From assembly GCF_009914755.1 (NCBI RefSeq), contig NC_060929.1: a DNA stretch of 64,000 bases. One strand, written 5' to 3'. Each line of letters begins with the position of its first letter. Position 1 is the first letter of the stretch. The stretch comes from the human T2T-CHM13v2.0 reference genome, Homo sapiens. The position numbers were made by a program, and so were the translations under genes. A model generated the notes under the pieces. The model did not search any database and was not told where the DNA came from. It saw nothing but the letters and a program-made list of their open reading frames with translations. Positions 12,445 through 30,295 of this stretch are shown here, one piece after another.

Positions 12445-12560
12445 ATGCTTGAGGTGATAGACACCTCATTTACTTTGATGTGATTATTATGCTTTGAATG
12501 CCTGCATCAAAATATCTCATGTACCCCATAAATATATACACCTTCTATGTACCCACATAT
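12445..12560 (+). mobile_element. L1MA-type 3' end fragment
   Basis: AAATGCTTGAGGTGAT...CAAAATATCTCATGTACCCCATAAATATATACACC. Confidence 0.8.
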
Positions 12561-13139
12561 GAATCTCTACTTGATGTTTCATAAAAATGTTACAATAAAG
12601 AAAAGAAATCTAAGTGTTCAAGTGACAGCATCAATAAAAATGAGAAAAACTTTCAGAATGTACATTAAATCTGTATTTGCTTAGGAACACCTGTTGCTGA
12701 TTTTCTGTCATTGCCCTCCTCATTTTAATCAAGTGTCACCAACTGCGGAATCACACCTGCAGAATAACAGGTGCAGCAGGGAGAACACTAAACTCGAAAC
12801 TGTCAAATAGAAGTTTTAAACCTGGAACAGGAAACTCCCTCCATGCTCCCATCTATGTGTGAACATCTAGCTGTCTAGATTTGGGGAATGATTGCTTCTA
12901 GACTACTTTTTCTAACTTCATGGAATGACCTGTTTGTTTTTATCTTTCTCTTTATTAAAGTATGTCTTATTTGGCAACTCTCTGTTCAACATCTGATGAT
13001 GTTATAGAACATTAATATGTGAAGACTTCTGAATAATCTAATGGCTGCTTGTCCATGCTAATACTAACCTAAACATTAATTGCTGGCACTATTCATAACT
13101 TTGTTAATGATTTCACATTATTTTGACCTTGATTCTTGT

Positions 13140-13618
13140 TGTAAAGCTGACTGAAGCAAGTTTACCATGCACCAAATACTCTACGACTTGCACAAGTCAG
13201 GTGAGAGAACACTCATACAACATATTAAGTGGAGCAAACTTATTACTGACCAATAAACAACAAAGGACAATAGAAGTGTAGAATTCATAACAAGCCACTC
13301 CCTCAAGGCTCAGGAAAGCTTTCTAGGAAAGACAGAATCTCATCTACATGTGCCCAACCTCATATTGCAGCTGAGGGACCCCACAAACACTCTAACCTAA
13401 GTTTTATACTCTGGAGGAAACTAGGGTCATGGAGCTAACACATTGTGGGGCACCCTGTTCTAGGAGAGATGGGAACAGAGCCCAGCTATTCCAGACAGTT
13501 TCTCCTTATCTCAGAATAATGCTTTCCCAGCACATTCTGCAGTTTTTCTGAGAAATGCAGGCAAGAAAGTGGGGGAAGAGCTGGCTTAGGCAAACTGGCC
13601 AGGGACCTGTCTTGCACA
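13140..13618 (-). mobile_element. Old LTR (LTR40-like, ERVL)
   Basis: TG...CA termini, reverse TATA (TTTTATAC) and reverse poly(A)-like signal; family uncertain. Confidence 0.5.
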
Positions 13619-14769
13619 TGCTGCAAATGAACTTGTTCCCTAAATAATCTTGTATTATTTATCAGTTGACTATGGTACCATACTATTTTAAAAGTAGAGT
13701 TATTATAAACCATGAAACACAAAAATCAAACACTCTGAATGTGAATTCAATTATCTGATCATTTCTTTATGATTGATTAACAGGACAATAATTGTCTAAT
13801 CACTAGAATTTCTTCTCTTTTCTGCCTAACAATTTATTCACAAATTTAATATGCATGAGTTGCCGATTTTGTATGAAACAAAGATAGATACAAGATCACA
13901 ATTAACTTTTATCATAACAGTACACAAACAATCAGCCACAAATTTGTCTTAATTTTTTCTCTATTTCAAGAATGAATGCTTATTCATAATTATAGAATGT
14001 ATTAATTCAGTTGGGATAAAGTTTTACTGGAAATTATAGTATTTATATTTGCCTTTATATATCCTTGCAAATTTCTCCTCTTTGTAAAAAACTCCAATCC
14101 CAAGAAATGCTTTTTAATTTTTAAAATTGTAATTAATATGTTAAAATAAAAAGAAATCCGGAACTTTGACAGTAGACTGAAATAGGAAAGGGTAAGAATA
14201 CAAGAACCAGGTCTAGCTATGTTTGTGAAAAATATTTAACTGTAAAATTTCAATTTTATACAGTTCAAACTAAACATACAGGTAATGTTCAGTGAAGGGA
14301 TACATTGATGAAGAGGGGAATAATTGTTTGTATATAGGAAATGTCCAGATTAAAAAATCCCGTGGGCACAACAGAGTGCTTATTAGGGAATTGCAAAGTG
14401 ATATGTTGTGCCCTATGATATAGATGAACTTTTCCCTAATACAAATTTAGACATCTAATTTACAGAACTTGAATTAATTAATGATTTTCTTTTGTAAGGC
14501 AATGAGTAAAAATTTTAGACATCTCAGTCAGGATAAAGGTTTTTAGCAAAGTTCTTGTGTCAGATAAGATAATAATAACATCTTTAATGAAAAACTTTCA
14601 GCATTTTAAAGACCTATTATAAGAGAGGATTTCTTTTTTCACTTGTGTTCAAGTAGACAAGGAACTTGTGTTCAAGTAGACAAAGAAACTGGTTTTGGTT
14701 TTGGTAATCTTTACCATATTACATTGCTTCCTAGATTGTATTTGGTGACAATTATAAGTTGATTGCAGT

Positions 14770-15250
14770 AGGTTCTCAGCCACCATCACAATCATGATAT
14801 ATAATCTCAATCACTTCAAAAATATTCCCTTGTGCTCTTTGTAGTCAGCCTCTTCTCCCACCCCCAACTCCTGGCAAACATTGATGAGTTCTTTGTATAG
14901 TTTTCTTTTGCAAGAACATCTTAGAAATATGATCATACAATATTTAGGATTTTTTTTTGTCTGGCTCCTTTTACTTAGTCTAATGCGTTTGAGATTTATC
15001 CTTGTTTTGTGTGCCCCAGGAGTTACTTTTTTTTGTATTACTGAGTGGTATTATGTTGCATAGATGAATCACGGTCTGGTTATCCATATACGAGTTGAAG
15101 GAATTGGCAATTACGAATAAAGCTATTATAAACATTCATGCACAAATTTTTGCATGAATTTGAGTAAAGAAAAAGGATCGAGGTTACTGGTTAATACGGT
15201 AAGTACATGTTTAGCTTCATAAGAAACTGCCAAATGGTTTTACATAATGA
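14770..15250 (-). mobile_element. Ancient L1M (MC/MD/ME) 3' fragment
   Basis: GTCTGGCTCCTTTTACTTAG...GAGATTTATCC...AAAGCTATTATAAACATTCATG...AAGAAACTGCCAAA. Confidence 0.75.
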
Positions 15251-15527
15251 CATAGTTTTTACAGGTGATTATTTTAAAGTAAAAGAATAAAACAGTGGAG
15301 AATATATTATTTCAATGTAAAGTTTGCTATTTCTTAAATCAACTTTGTTAAATAGGCAAATCATATTATTTTCCCCCATATTCCCATTTAGTTTCTATGC
15401 TGATATCTAATATTGGGATATAGCTTTATTTTAAAAACTATTGAATTCATTTGTCTTTTTTATTTTTTTGAACTTTTAAGAGTTTTTTTAGTTTCAGTTT
15501 TTCTCTTTTAAAAAATACTGTGTAAAT

Positions 15528-15894
15528 AGAGTTGGACCTCTGTATCTGTGAGTTTCACATCCCTGGATTTTACATCTGTAGATTCAAACAACCATAGTTC
15601 TAAAATATTCGGAAAAAAAGCCATAAAAATAAAAATATAACAATAATAAGTAATACAAATAAAGCAGAATACAGTGTATCAACTATTTACATAGAATTTG
15701 CATTGCATTAGGTATTTTAAAGAACCTAGAGATATTTAAAATATATGAGAGGATGTGTGTAGGTTACATGCAAATTCAACACCATTTTGAAGGGTGTTAA
15801 ATAAGGGACTTAAGTATCTACAGATTTTTGTATCCACTAGGGGTGAAAAGGCATCCTGGAACCAATACCCTATGGATACCAGGGGGTGAAGGTA
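15528..15894. mobile_element. MER2 (TcMar-Tigger non-autonomous DNA transposon)
   Basis: Degenerate TIRs (CCTCTGTATC...GATACCAGGG) and characteristic AACTATTTACATAG...GGATGTGTGTAGGTTA...CCTGGAACCAAT. Confidence 0.8.
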
Positions 15895-16354
15895 TACACT
15901 ATCTATATAAGAAGAAAAAAATTGATTTCCTAGGCAATTTGAAACATTTTTTACAGATCAGCCACAATTAACCACACAAAAAAGGAAGGTCACAGAAATA
16001 AATAAACCAGCATTTATTACAATTAGTCATAGTACAAATATTACTATCATGTCTATTTAGATGTTTACCAAACATCTTAGAAACTAAAATGTCATTCACA
16101 GTATGCATTATCCTAGCAGGTAGATTCACTAGGGCTGTTCATGGTGCCTCACTAATCAAGGAATGAAGAGCTTCTGTCATATTTATAGCTTATTTCATGA
16201 GTAATAATAAGAGAAAAAAATCAAACATGTTTGTGAAAATGATGTAGAACAGAGATAAGAGTCAATTACATAGTGTCAGGCCAATTTATTTTATTTTTTC
16301 TTTAAGATAAATTTATGAAAACTGGCAAAGTGGTATACAGAATTACTCATTACT

Positions 16355-16730
16355 GCTTTAGCCATACTGGCCTCCTTGCTCTTCCTTAAATCATCCAAAC
16401 ACACTCCTGCCTGAGGACCTTTGTAATGGAAATCCCCTTGGTCTGGACTCTTTCTCTGATGGGGACTTGGCCCACATCCTCACTTAAGACATGGCCTTGC
16501 TCAAATGCTACCCTGTCAGAAAAGTCTTTCATCTATACAAATACATGCAACAACACTTTCTTTAAGAAATTCTCCATCAATTTATATCCTTTTATTTTAC
16601 TTCTCAGCATTTCTTATGCCCTAGCAAATCTGACTTTATGAGTTTAGTTTGTTGAACTACAATGCAAGCTCATGAATTACACACTGCTTTATAGTTCATT
16701 TTCTAGAAGACACACTTTTGAATAAATGTG
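16355..16730 (+). mobile_element. L2 3' remnant
   Basis: AGCCATACTGGCCTCCTTGCTCTTCCT...ACTCCTGCCTGAGGACCTTTG. Confidence 0.6.
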
Positions 16731-17091
16731 CAAATACATAAGACAAATATGTAATCTATTGATATAAATAATTCCTAGCTCTATACAAAAATAGATTCAC
16801 ACAAAACATGTATAGATACTCCATAGTTAAAATGTAATTGCATTTTCTGATACAACATATTCTTGTCCCAAGGCAGCCATTGAATGAAGGACTTTTATTA
16901 ATATTTTAATTAAAGATATATTTATTGTTATTGAGTGTCTGTACTATGTGCCAGATACTGGTAGTTCCAGTGGGAGATAGTTTTAAACAAGGAGTCCCAG
17001 TTTAGTCAGAAGACAATTACATTGATAATTAGATTATTATAAACTTTAAAAAATTGTCATAAAGAGAAACATTAAAATTGCTATAGATTTT

Positions 17092-22180
<5,089 letters not shown>

Positions 22181-22184
22181 ACTA

Positions 22185-22305
22185 GGGAAGTCATAGAATG
22201 CAAAATCCCTTTTCCCCAAAGCCAGCCATAAAAACAAAGGCTATTATTCTAACTTTCCTCCACCTTTCTACGTAAACACTGACCGCAAGTAAATTTTCTG
22301 ACCAA
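22185..22305 (+). mobile_element. ERV1 LTR fragment (MER34-like) truncating the L1 3' end
   Basis: CCCCAAAGCCAGCCATAAAA...TTCTAACTTTCC; family from recollection. Confidence 0.4.
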
Positions 22306-23978
22306 TACATGAAAATATAAAATATTACATATATTTTGAATTAAAAAACATTCAAACATAAAAATTACAACATGTTTTTAAAAACACATGTACTCATCAC
22401 CTAGGTTCAACAATTTTTAGCACGTAGTAAATCTCGTTTCATTTATACCTACATTCATAACACCCATCCCACAAAAAGGTTGATGTGAAACAAATCTCAG
22501 AAAACACATTCCATCTTGTATCTTTTAGTATATAAATAAAATTTTGGTTCAGACATTTGACACATTATGATTGAAAGTAAAACATATATAGAGATCTTCC
22601 TAGTTTCCTAGATAAATATTCGCATGGCTTGTTCATTCTTTTGAAAAAGAAACATAGTACCTTAAGTTGTAACAAAAATATATTTATTATTTCCGAAGGG
22701 ATCATAGAACACTATTTTTTCCCTTCTCAATATGTTTATTTAAGAATAAAGTAAATATTTAAAAGCCACTTACATTTAAATAAAGCTTATAAATTTTATA
22801 AAGTATGTGTCTTTTAGAATATGTGAAAAGTACTTTTCTTTCAAGGGACTCTAGGTTTACCCTTAAGCATTTTCCAAAAACTGGTCTGACAATTATGGAC
22901 TATATTCTATTTTTTCAATATAGAGAAATGCATTAATGAGTGCATTAAGTGAAAATTATAGAATTACTGGTTTTAATAACATGGAGAACAGGATAGTATC
23001 ATTGAAGTTACCAGAAAAATAACTTATATAAATATTGAAAGAAAAAATGTAAAATTCTGAACCAATAGAAGAGTATATAAAATGTAAATGGCTCTACTCA
23101 TCAAATTCTAAATATTCATGTAAACTATTAATCTTTTTGAAATCCAAAGGATGCAACTTTTTCTGATTATTCACACTGGATGAGAAATATGGATATTGTC
23201 ATTAGTGGTCAGACATTCCATTTTTCTGGAACTGAAATAAGTCTCCTTAAAGAAGTATGTGATGTACTAAAATTAAATTATTTTAGAGGCATACAAATTT
23301 AGTATTGTAAAACAATCCTCTCCTACATTTTTTCTTTGTTTTTTTTTCTTTTAAAATTTCATGACCCTAAAACAATCCTGTCATCTAGTTTATCTTTCAT
23401 GCACTTGTTCCCTTAAGTATATGTTTACTCAACACAATATATGGTCAAATATTTTCGATAATTTTCTGCCCTCCCTTCTCAATAAGCTCTGGTCACATAT
23501 ACACTGGCTGACAAAGATCAGTAAAATTAATTTTGAATCCAAGCCAGATTTGTCATTTTAATATTTTAACTTTCATATGAACTGTATTATCATTATAAAA
23601 ATTTATCTAATTTTTTTTTCAGAAAAAGAAACCCCCTGTGTTTGCCTAATAACCTCAATATCATGTATAAAATCATTACAAATTATGTTTTCAGGGTACC
23701 AAAAAGGTGAATTTAGGATTTCTTTTGATATAAAAATATCACTAAGATATGAATCATTAAATTTGGGGAATCCACTTTCACTGGTTGACCTTTTAATTGG
23801 AATCTAGTTGAATTGGTTTTTCATGTCCCTTCAGAGTCCTGTCTGTAATGTAGGGTACTATGTGTCAACTTGAGCTTTCTGGGAAGACTAACTCCTTTGG
23901 TATAAAAATCTGAAAAATAAGTTACTATGAATATACCTTTTACTTTAATCATAGAACTCTAAAATATTAAAATCGATA

Positions 23979-24420
23979 TGACAAAGAATCTCTCCTTAAC
24001 CAACTTTGGTCAAGCCCTTCTATGCTCTTTTCTTGACAAGGCTTTGACCTTGGCTGGATCCTTCCTGGGTCTGCATAGCCCAGTTTTAGAAAGAACCTGC
24101 TAAGAAGGTTTACAGGGAATCCTGCCATGATAGCCGAAGAACCTGTAAATCTTATTAAACTCTGTCTCTGATAACTCTGCCTGCCTTCAACAAAATTTCT
24201 CTTAGGTCAGTTGAGCAACAATGTCTCTATCCTTGGTATGTCCTTTTAGTAATTTTCATCCCACCAACTTTCCCAAGCTGCTCCCTGGCCACAAATTCTC
24301 ACTTGTTCTTGTATTCACAGTTGATCCCAATGCTTCTTTTCTATTGCTATAGACAGCTATCACAATAGTCCCGAATAAAGTCTTCTTTACTGCTTTAACA
24401 AGTGTCAGAAATTTTGAACA
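23979..24420 (+). mobile_element. MER31-type ERV1 solo LTR
   Basis: TGACAAAGAATCTCTCCTTAACCAACTTT...AGCCCAGTTTTAG...GAATAAAGTCTTCTTTAC. Confidence 0.75.
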
Positions 24421-26580
24421 TAAAGGATCTTAATCAACAGTTAATGCACACATAGAATAAAGCTATATGTTCCATTATTATTTTATTATTAATATTAGTA
24501 GTAGTATTTAGTATTCCTGTATTACACGTGTATCTCTCAAAGGTTACTGAAGAACACGTTAATGAACAAAACCAAACAAAATGCCCTCTATGAAGAAAAA
24601 TTGTTAAAAATGAAGCAATAACAAATATTTTAATGTCCGGCAAGTCCTAGGCACTGTGCTAAGAACTGAGGAAATATGAACTAGTAAAACAGACCTGCAG
24701 GTGTTCAAGAGTCCTTCACATTCCACTAAATGGGACCTTATTTTCATTTCAATTTTGTTTAATTACTATTGTTCATTTTCTTAATTTTAAGTTTTCCTGA
24801 CTCCATTCTAAGGATGTAAAACATCATGAGTCTTACATATAATGCCTCAGTATGCCCTCTGTGTTAACAACTCTTGCAATTGTCTGTATCTGCTGAGAGG
24901 TTAATTACTTTGGTACTTTATCTAAAGACAGGAAATTACCCATTTAGGGAAAAACCTTCCTACTTGTCTCTCTTCTAACTTTTGCTCTTACTCTCAAACT
25001 CACTTTCTACCTCTTAGCTCTTAATGATTACAAAATACAATTTAGTCAAATCAGAGTTGAAATGAAAAAAGTTTTACTTATAAATTATTTCTTCTGACAA
25101 TAATATATTTTGGCCTCAGTATTCTTACTTGAGAAATGAAGAAAAATAATGACTGTTATATAGAATCATTTTAAAACCTAAATTAAGTAATATCCATAAA
25201 AGGACCTAGATACATAAGTAGGAAATAATAGGATCCCAAATAATAAAGTTATCTTTTGTTGTTATGAAGATAAAATCCTTTAAATGAATCCGATGTCCTT
25301 ATGATCAGCTTTTATTTATTTATTTATTTTTGGACAGTTTTATTATAGTGGGAAGGTGCTAGACTGAGGTTAAAAAAATTAAAAAGAGATAAAAACATAT
25401 ATTCTAAATGCCTAAACGCATACTGTGTCCTAGGTACTGTGTCTGCTTTTCTGTTTGTAACTTTGTGAGCTTGAACAAATAACCTATTATATCTTCATCT
25501 GTTTACTTTTATTCAAAATGAACAAGTTAAAAGCAAATTTTATGTTCTGAATAGTGTTCCATGGGACACTAACTCTACAAGATGTTAATATGGAGTATTG
25601 AGATGGAGAGAAACGAAGTTTTCCATAATCAAGTAATTTGGAGGATGACAGATTTAACCAAAGAAGTGTTTTGTTTTTCTTTTATTTTTTGATTTGAGGA
25701 CAAACAGTTCAGATTACTGGCTCCCCACTTATTTGCTACCTAAAGTTGGGTAATTTGCTTATTGTAAGTCTCACTTTGGCATTAAAAAAGAAAACAAGGA
25801 TTCACAGTAAACTGTTGGACAGAAAGGAAAGAATGTGATCAAATCTCTAAAGTGCAGAGAATGGGTAGAACATAGTTAACCCATAATAAATGGTAGTTGT
25901 TCTTGTTATTACTATTAATATTATTATGATTAATCTTTACCTCTTCAAAGGCATATAATATTTAAGACAAAGATTCCTTTTTTTCTCTTTTCTTCCAAAA
26001 CAAATTTGCAGCTTTTCTAAGAGCAGGAGGGTAGCTTTTTAAGAATATATGAGATTTCCTCTTCTTACAATTCAAGTGTATATGTAGCATATCAGCAGGA
26101 GAAGCTGTGCAAATACTATGGGCAGCCTGGAACCATTTCTTCCCAAACATCAGTCAAGTAGGAACCCATTGCCCTAATAGCACAGAGGCAGACAGATAGC
26201 TAGTACCTTACTAGGTCTACATGAGTAATTAAAACCAATTAGTTTCACATATCTAATTGTAATATATTTTTCTCTGTACAGTTTAGTACATAAATAGGTG
26301 AATAAAAATTCATAACTGTTTAGAGAAATATTTTTACTAGAATACATAAATTTCTACTCCAATAGGAAGTATGAATATAAATGTATAAATAATTTTCATA
26401 GAACGTAAAGTATCCAATTCAACAATTCTAAAAGATGATTAACAAAATTACTTGAACAAAAGATCATCAGTGGAATACGCATATACTTCTCAGAGTGACA
26501 ACATGGAAAGGAAATTAGAATACAAATGTACATAAACACATAAATATATACAAACATTGAAAGGATTTACTGTATCTCTA

Positions 26581-26770
26581 ATTTTTATGTTTATTTATTT
26601 ATTTATTTATTTTAGAGACAAAGTCTTGTTTGTCATCCAGGCTGGAGTGCAGTGGCATGATTGATCATAGCTTTCTGGAGCTTCCAATTCCTGACCTCAA
26701 GCAATCCTGCCACCTCAGCCCCCTGAGTAGCTGGGACTATGGGCATGTGCCACCATGCCCAGCTTATTTT
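26581..26770 (-). mobile_element. FRAM/AluJ right monomer with (TTTA)n tail
   Basis: AGAGACAAAGTCTTG...CAGGCTGGAGTGCAGTGGC...GCCCAGCT; single arm only. Confidence 0.85.
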
Positions 26771-27399
26771 TGCATTATTTTAAATGAAATGTTCTTAATT
26801 ATATTTGATCAATAACATTTATTTTATTTAACGTCTAAATACCTTTAGCTCTTCTCTATAGCAGAATAATTCTTAAAAAGTGTATTTGCTAGCATTTAGA
26901 TTCATCAAAAACAATGCTAAGCATACCCGAATGCAATGAAGAGCTGAAATTGTTTTGAGCAATGAAATCATCACTAGGCATAAGTGCCCGACACACAGAT
27001 GCCTCATTTGAAGGTAAGATGACTTTGAAAGCATGAATCACATTATGTTTCTCTTAAAATAAGTTATATTTCATTTTTACATAGTAGCATGGAAAGGGCT
27101 CAGTGTGTTGGAGTGAAGTCTAAGTGATGTGAAAGCTTTCTAAAGCCTTCTGAGCAACAAACTCCTAGTATTTCAGATGAGAATGATGATATCTAATTTA
27201 TAAGGTTGTTTGCTTTAAAGAATGGTAAGATATGCAAAACACCTGGCACATGACTAGTAAGCCAAATATTTCTACTTGAGCAACTGTTTAGATGGTGATG
27301 GCATTTGCTGAAATGGAAAAAAAACGGGATAAGAAACAGGTTTCGTTATTAAAAACAAGAGGTACAATTCTGCATATCTTAAATTTAATGCATTCACAG

Positions 27400-27780
27400 A
27401 ACAACAAATCAAGATACATAACTGATTTGTTATGAAAAGAGATGAGGTTGGGCTTGGAACTATCTATTATATTAATCAATCACCATCAACAGGTAGATGA
27501 TACGTAAAATATGGAATAGGATAAGATCGACTAAAGAAAATATGTAGATAAAAGACATGTAGCCCATGTTTGAGGCCTGGGAATAACCATAATTGGAGGT
27601 CAGGAGCATAAGACACCTGCCAAAGTGACTGAGAAGAAGCACACAGAAATAGACAACTAGAACCAGGAAAGTAGATTCCCAGAGAAGCCCAGAGAATGGC
27701 ATGGTTCATATGAAATAAAGTGGCCAGCAATGTTAAACACTTCTGAGAGTTGAGAAAACTGGGTTGAGAAATGAATGCAA
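27400..27780 (-). mobile_element. L2 remnant
   Basis: GACTGAGAAGAAGC...AACCAGGA...GAAGCCCAG...AATGTTAAACACTTCTGAGAG. Confidence 0.55.
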
Positions 27781-28469
27781 TGCAGGTAAGAAAAAAAGTT
27801 TAATAATTTGGATTTGAATTTTAAAGCAATGGAGTGATAACTGGAGAATTATGATTCGTTTTTTCTTTCTTTTCTGGGCATTTTAAATTTTTGCATATTT
27901 GCTTAGCTATTTACTTGTTATTTTAAAGGAGATACATTGTAGCATATTTTCATGCTATTGAGACAACAAAGATATGGAGATTGATGACATGGAACACAGA
28001 GGAAATATCAAGGGAAAAACCTCTAGATTTTTTAAATAATGTGATTCTCAAAATTATGGGATCCACACATGTGAATTCTTACTCTGTTAGAATGAAGTAC
28101 ACATGTCCCTTTGGAGATATTTGTAGATTTGATAGTGGGAAAATAAATTATGTTGAGGGAGGAAGGAATTGAAAGAGTAAGAATATTGGAGGAAGCAATA
28201 GATATCTTGAAGAGTTTAAAAGCAAGCTTTAAACAAAAAATATGGTAGGTTTTCCAGAGAATATTGAAAGTGTATTTGGAGACTGAGCCCATAAATTTGA
28301 AGATGAAATCAGCTATATTATTTTCTCCAACTATTTTTACATAAGGAAATATGAAAACACAAAAGTTCAGCACATAAAAATTATTCATTCAGGCAGACAT
28401 AAAGTAACATCTATGAGAATGTAATTCCAGAAAGAATGTTGAGCAACAAGAATGCTCATTCACTGTTGA

Positions 28470-28930
28470 AACTTACATGCAAATTACTAAGTGAAAGCAG
28501 CCAATCTGAAAGGACTACATATTGTATGAGTCCAATCATATGACATTCTGTAGGTATGTTGGTATTCTAATAAATATAGTAAAATAATGGTTGGTATGGG
28601 TTGGGTGAAGAAAGGGATGAACTGACAGAGTACGGAGGATCTTTAGGACTGTAAAACTATTATGTATTATTGTAGTCATTATACATTTATAAAAACCCAT
28701 AGAATGCACAACATTAAGAGTGAATCCTAATGTCAGCTATGGACTTTGGGTGCTAATAATGCATCAATGTATGTTCACTGGTCTTAACAAACATCCCATT
28801 CTGGTGTGCAATATTGATAATGAGGAAGGCTGTGCAGGCAGGGTGGAATGGAGGAAATATATGGAAAATATCTGTACCCTCTGCTCAGTTTTGCTGTGAA
28901 CCTACAATACTCTAAAAAATAAAGTCTTAT
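28470..28930 (+). mobile_element. L1MC-type 3' end
   Basis: AAAACCCATAGAATG...CTATGGACTTTGGGTG...TTTTGCTGTGAACCTA...AAAAATAAAGTC. Confidence 0.8.
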
Positions 28931-29100
28931 TTATTTTTTTAAAAGAATTTAGATCTACACACATCTCTGTGTCACAAAGAATGGTGATGGAAGTTGGTAT
29001 ATTACTGACGGTTATACCCGTTTTTATAAGAGACAGAACATTTTTCAAATTTTCAGCTCTAGGTGTTTCATTTGGCACCTATTTACATTTTCTCTTTAGC

Positions 29101-29580
29101 TGTGTTATCAGCTGTATGATGGTCCCCACAGATGTCTATGTCCTTATCCCTAGACCCTGGGAATATTGCCTCATGTAGCAAAAGAGAATTTGAAGATATG
29201 ATTTAGTTAAGGATTTGAGATGGAGAGTTATCCTGGGTTACCTGTGTAGGCCCTAAACATAATCACCCATGTCCTTATAGGAGGGAGATAAAGAGATATT
29301 TGAGATATTACAGGAGAAGGTGATATAACCTTAGGCACCGAGATTGGAGTGATGCAGCCAAGAATCAAGGGAGGCTGGCAACCTCTAGAAGTAGAAGGGG
29401 CAAGAAACACAATTTTTCTATTGCACTCAGAAGAGGCCATCCTTGTTGACACCTTTACTTAAGTCTGAAGATAATAATTTCAGATAAATGATCCTTCAGA
29501 ACTATAACACAATAAATCTATGTTGTTTTGAGGCACTGAACCTTTGGCAATTTGTTACAACAGCAATAAAAACAAATATA
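29101..29580 (+). mobile_element. MLT1C/D MaLR LTR
   Basis: TTGAGATGGAGAGTTATCCTGGGTTA...AATCAC...GTCCTTATAG...GGCAATTTGTTACAACAGCAAT. Confidence 0.8.
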
Positions 29581-29710
29581 AGTTTTCTTAGCTGTTCTCT
29601 TATTATACCACGTTTCTCTTAAATTCTTTCAATTTTGTAAGTATTTATATGTGAAATTCAAAACCTGAGGGCATGCAGAGTCATTGTCTATTGGCTACCT
29701 TTTTCTGATT

Positions 29711-30295
29711 TATTATTTATTTACTTTTTTTTTGAAATAGGGTCTTGCTGTGTTGTCCAGGCGAGAGTGCAGTGGTGTGATCCCAGCTGATTGAAGCCTC
29801 AACCTGGCCGGGTGCAGTGGCTCACGCCTGTAATCCCAGCACTCTCGGAGGCCGAGGAGGGCGGATCACAAGGTCAGGAGATGGAGACCATCCTGGCTAA
29901 CACAGTGAAACCCCATCTCTACTAAAAACGCAAAAAATTAGCCGGGCATGGTGGCACGTGCCTGTAGTCCCAGCTACTCAGGATGCTGAGGCAAGAGAAT
30001 CACTTGAACATGGGAGGTGGAAGTTGTAGTGAGCCCAGATGGTGCCACTGCATTCCAGCCTGGGCGACAGAGCGAGACTCAACCTCTTGAGCTCAAGCGA
30101 TTCTACAGTCTCAGCTTCCCAATTAGCTGGGACTACAGGTGCGTGCCACTATACCCAGTGAATATTTTGTATTTTTGTAGAGATGGGGGTTTCACCATGT
30201 TGCCCAGGTTTGTCTTGAACTCCTGGACTTAAGCGATCTGCCTGTCTCGGCCTCCAAATTGCAGGGATTACAGGTGTGAGCCACCATACCTGGCC
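29711..30295 (-). mobile_element. AluJ, interrupted by a plus-strand Alu
   Basis: Reverse Alu arms on both sides of 29806-30080; TSD TTTTTCTGATT (29700-29710 / 30296-30306). Confidence 0.9.
29806..30080 (+). mobile_element. AluSc/AluY-type (Sc8-like) Alu with no poly(A) tail
   Basis: GGCCGGGTGCAGTGG start, ends at GAGCGAGACTC; flanked by CTCAACCT direct repeats. Confidence 0.92.

Noticed and set aside
14641-14686. 23-bp tandem duplication ACTTGTGTTCAAGTAGACAA(G/A)GA
   Set aside because: Ordinary slippage duplication, as are the 10-bp repeats at 111-130 and near 47825.
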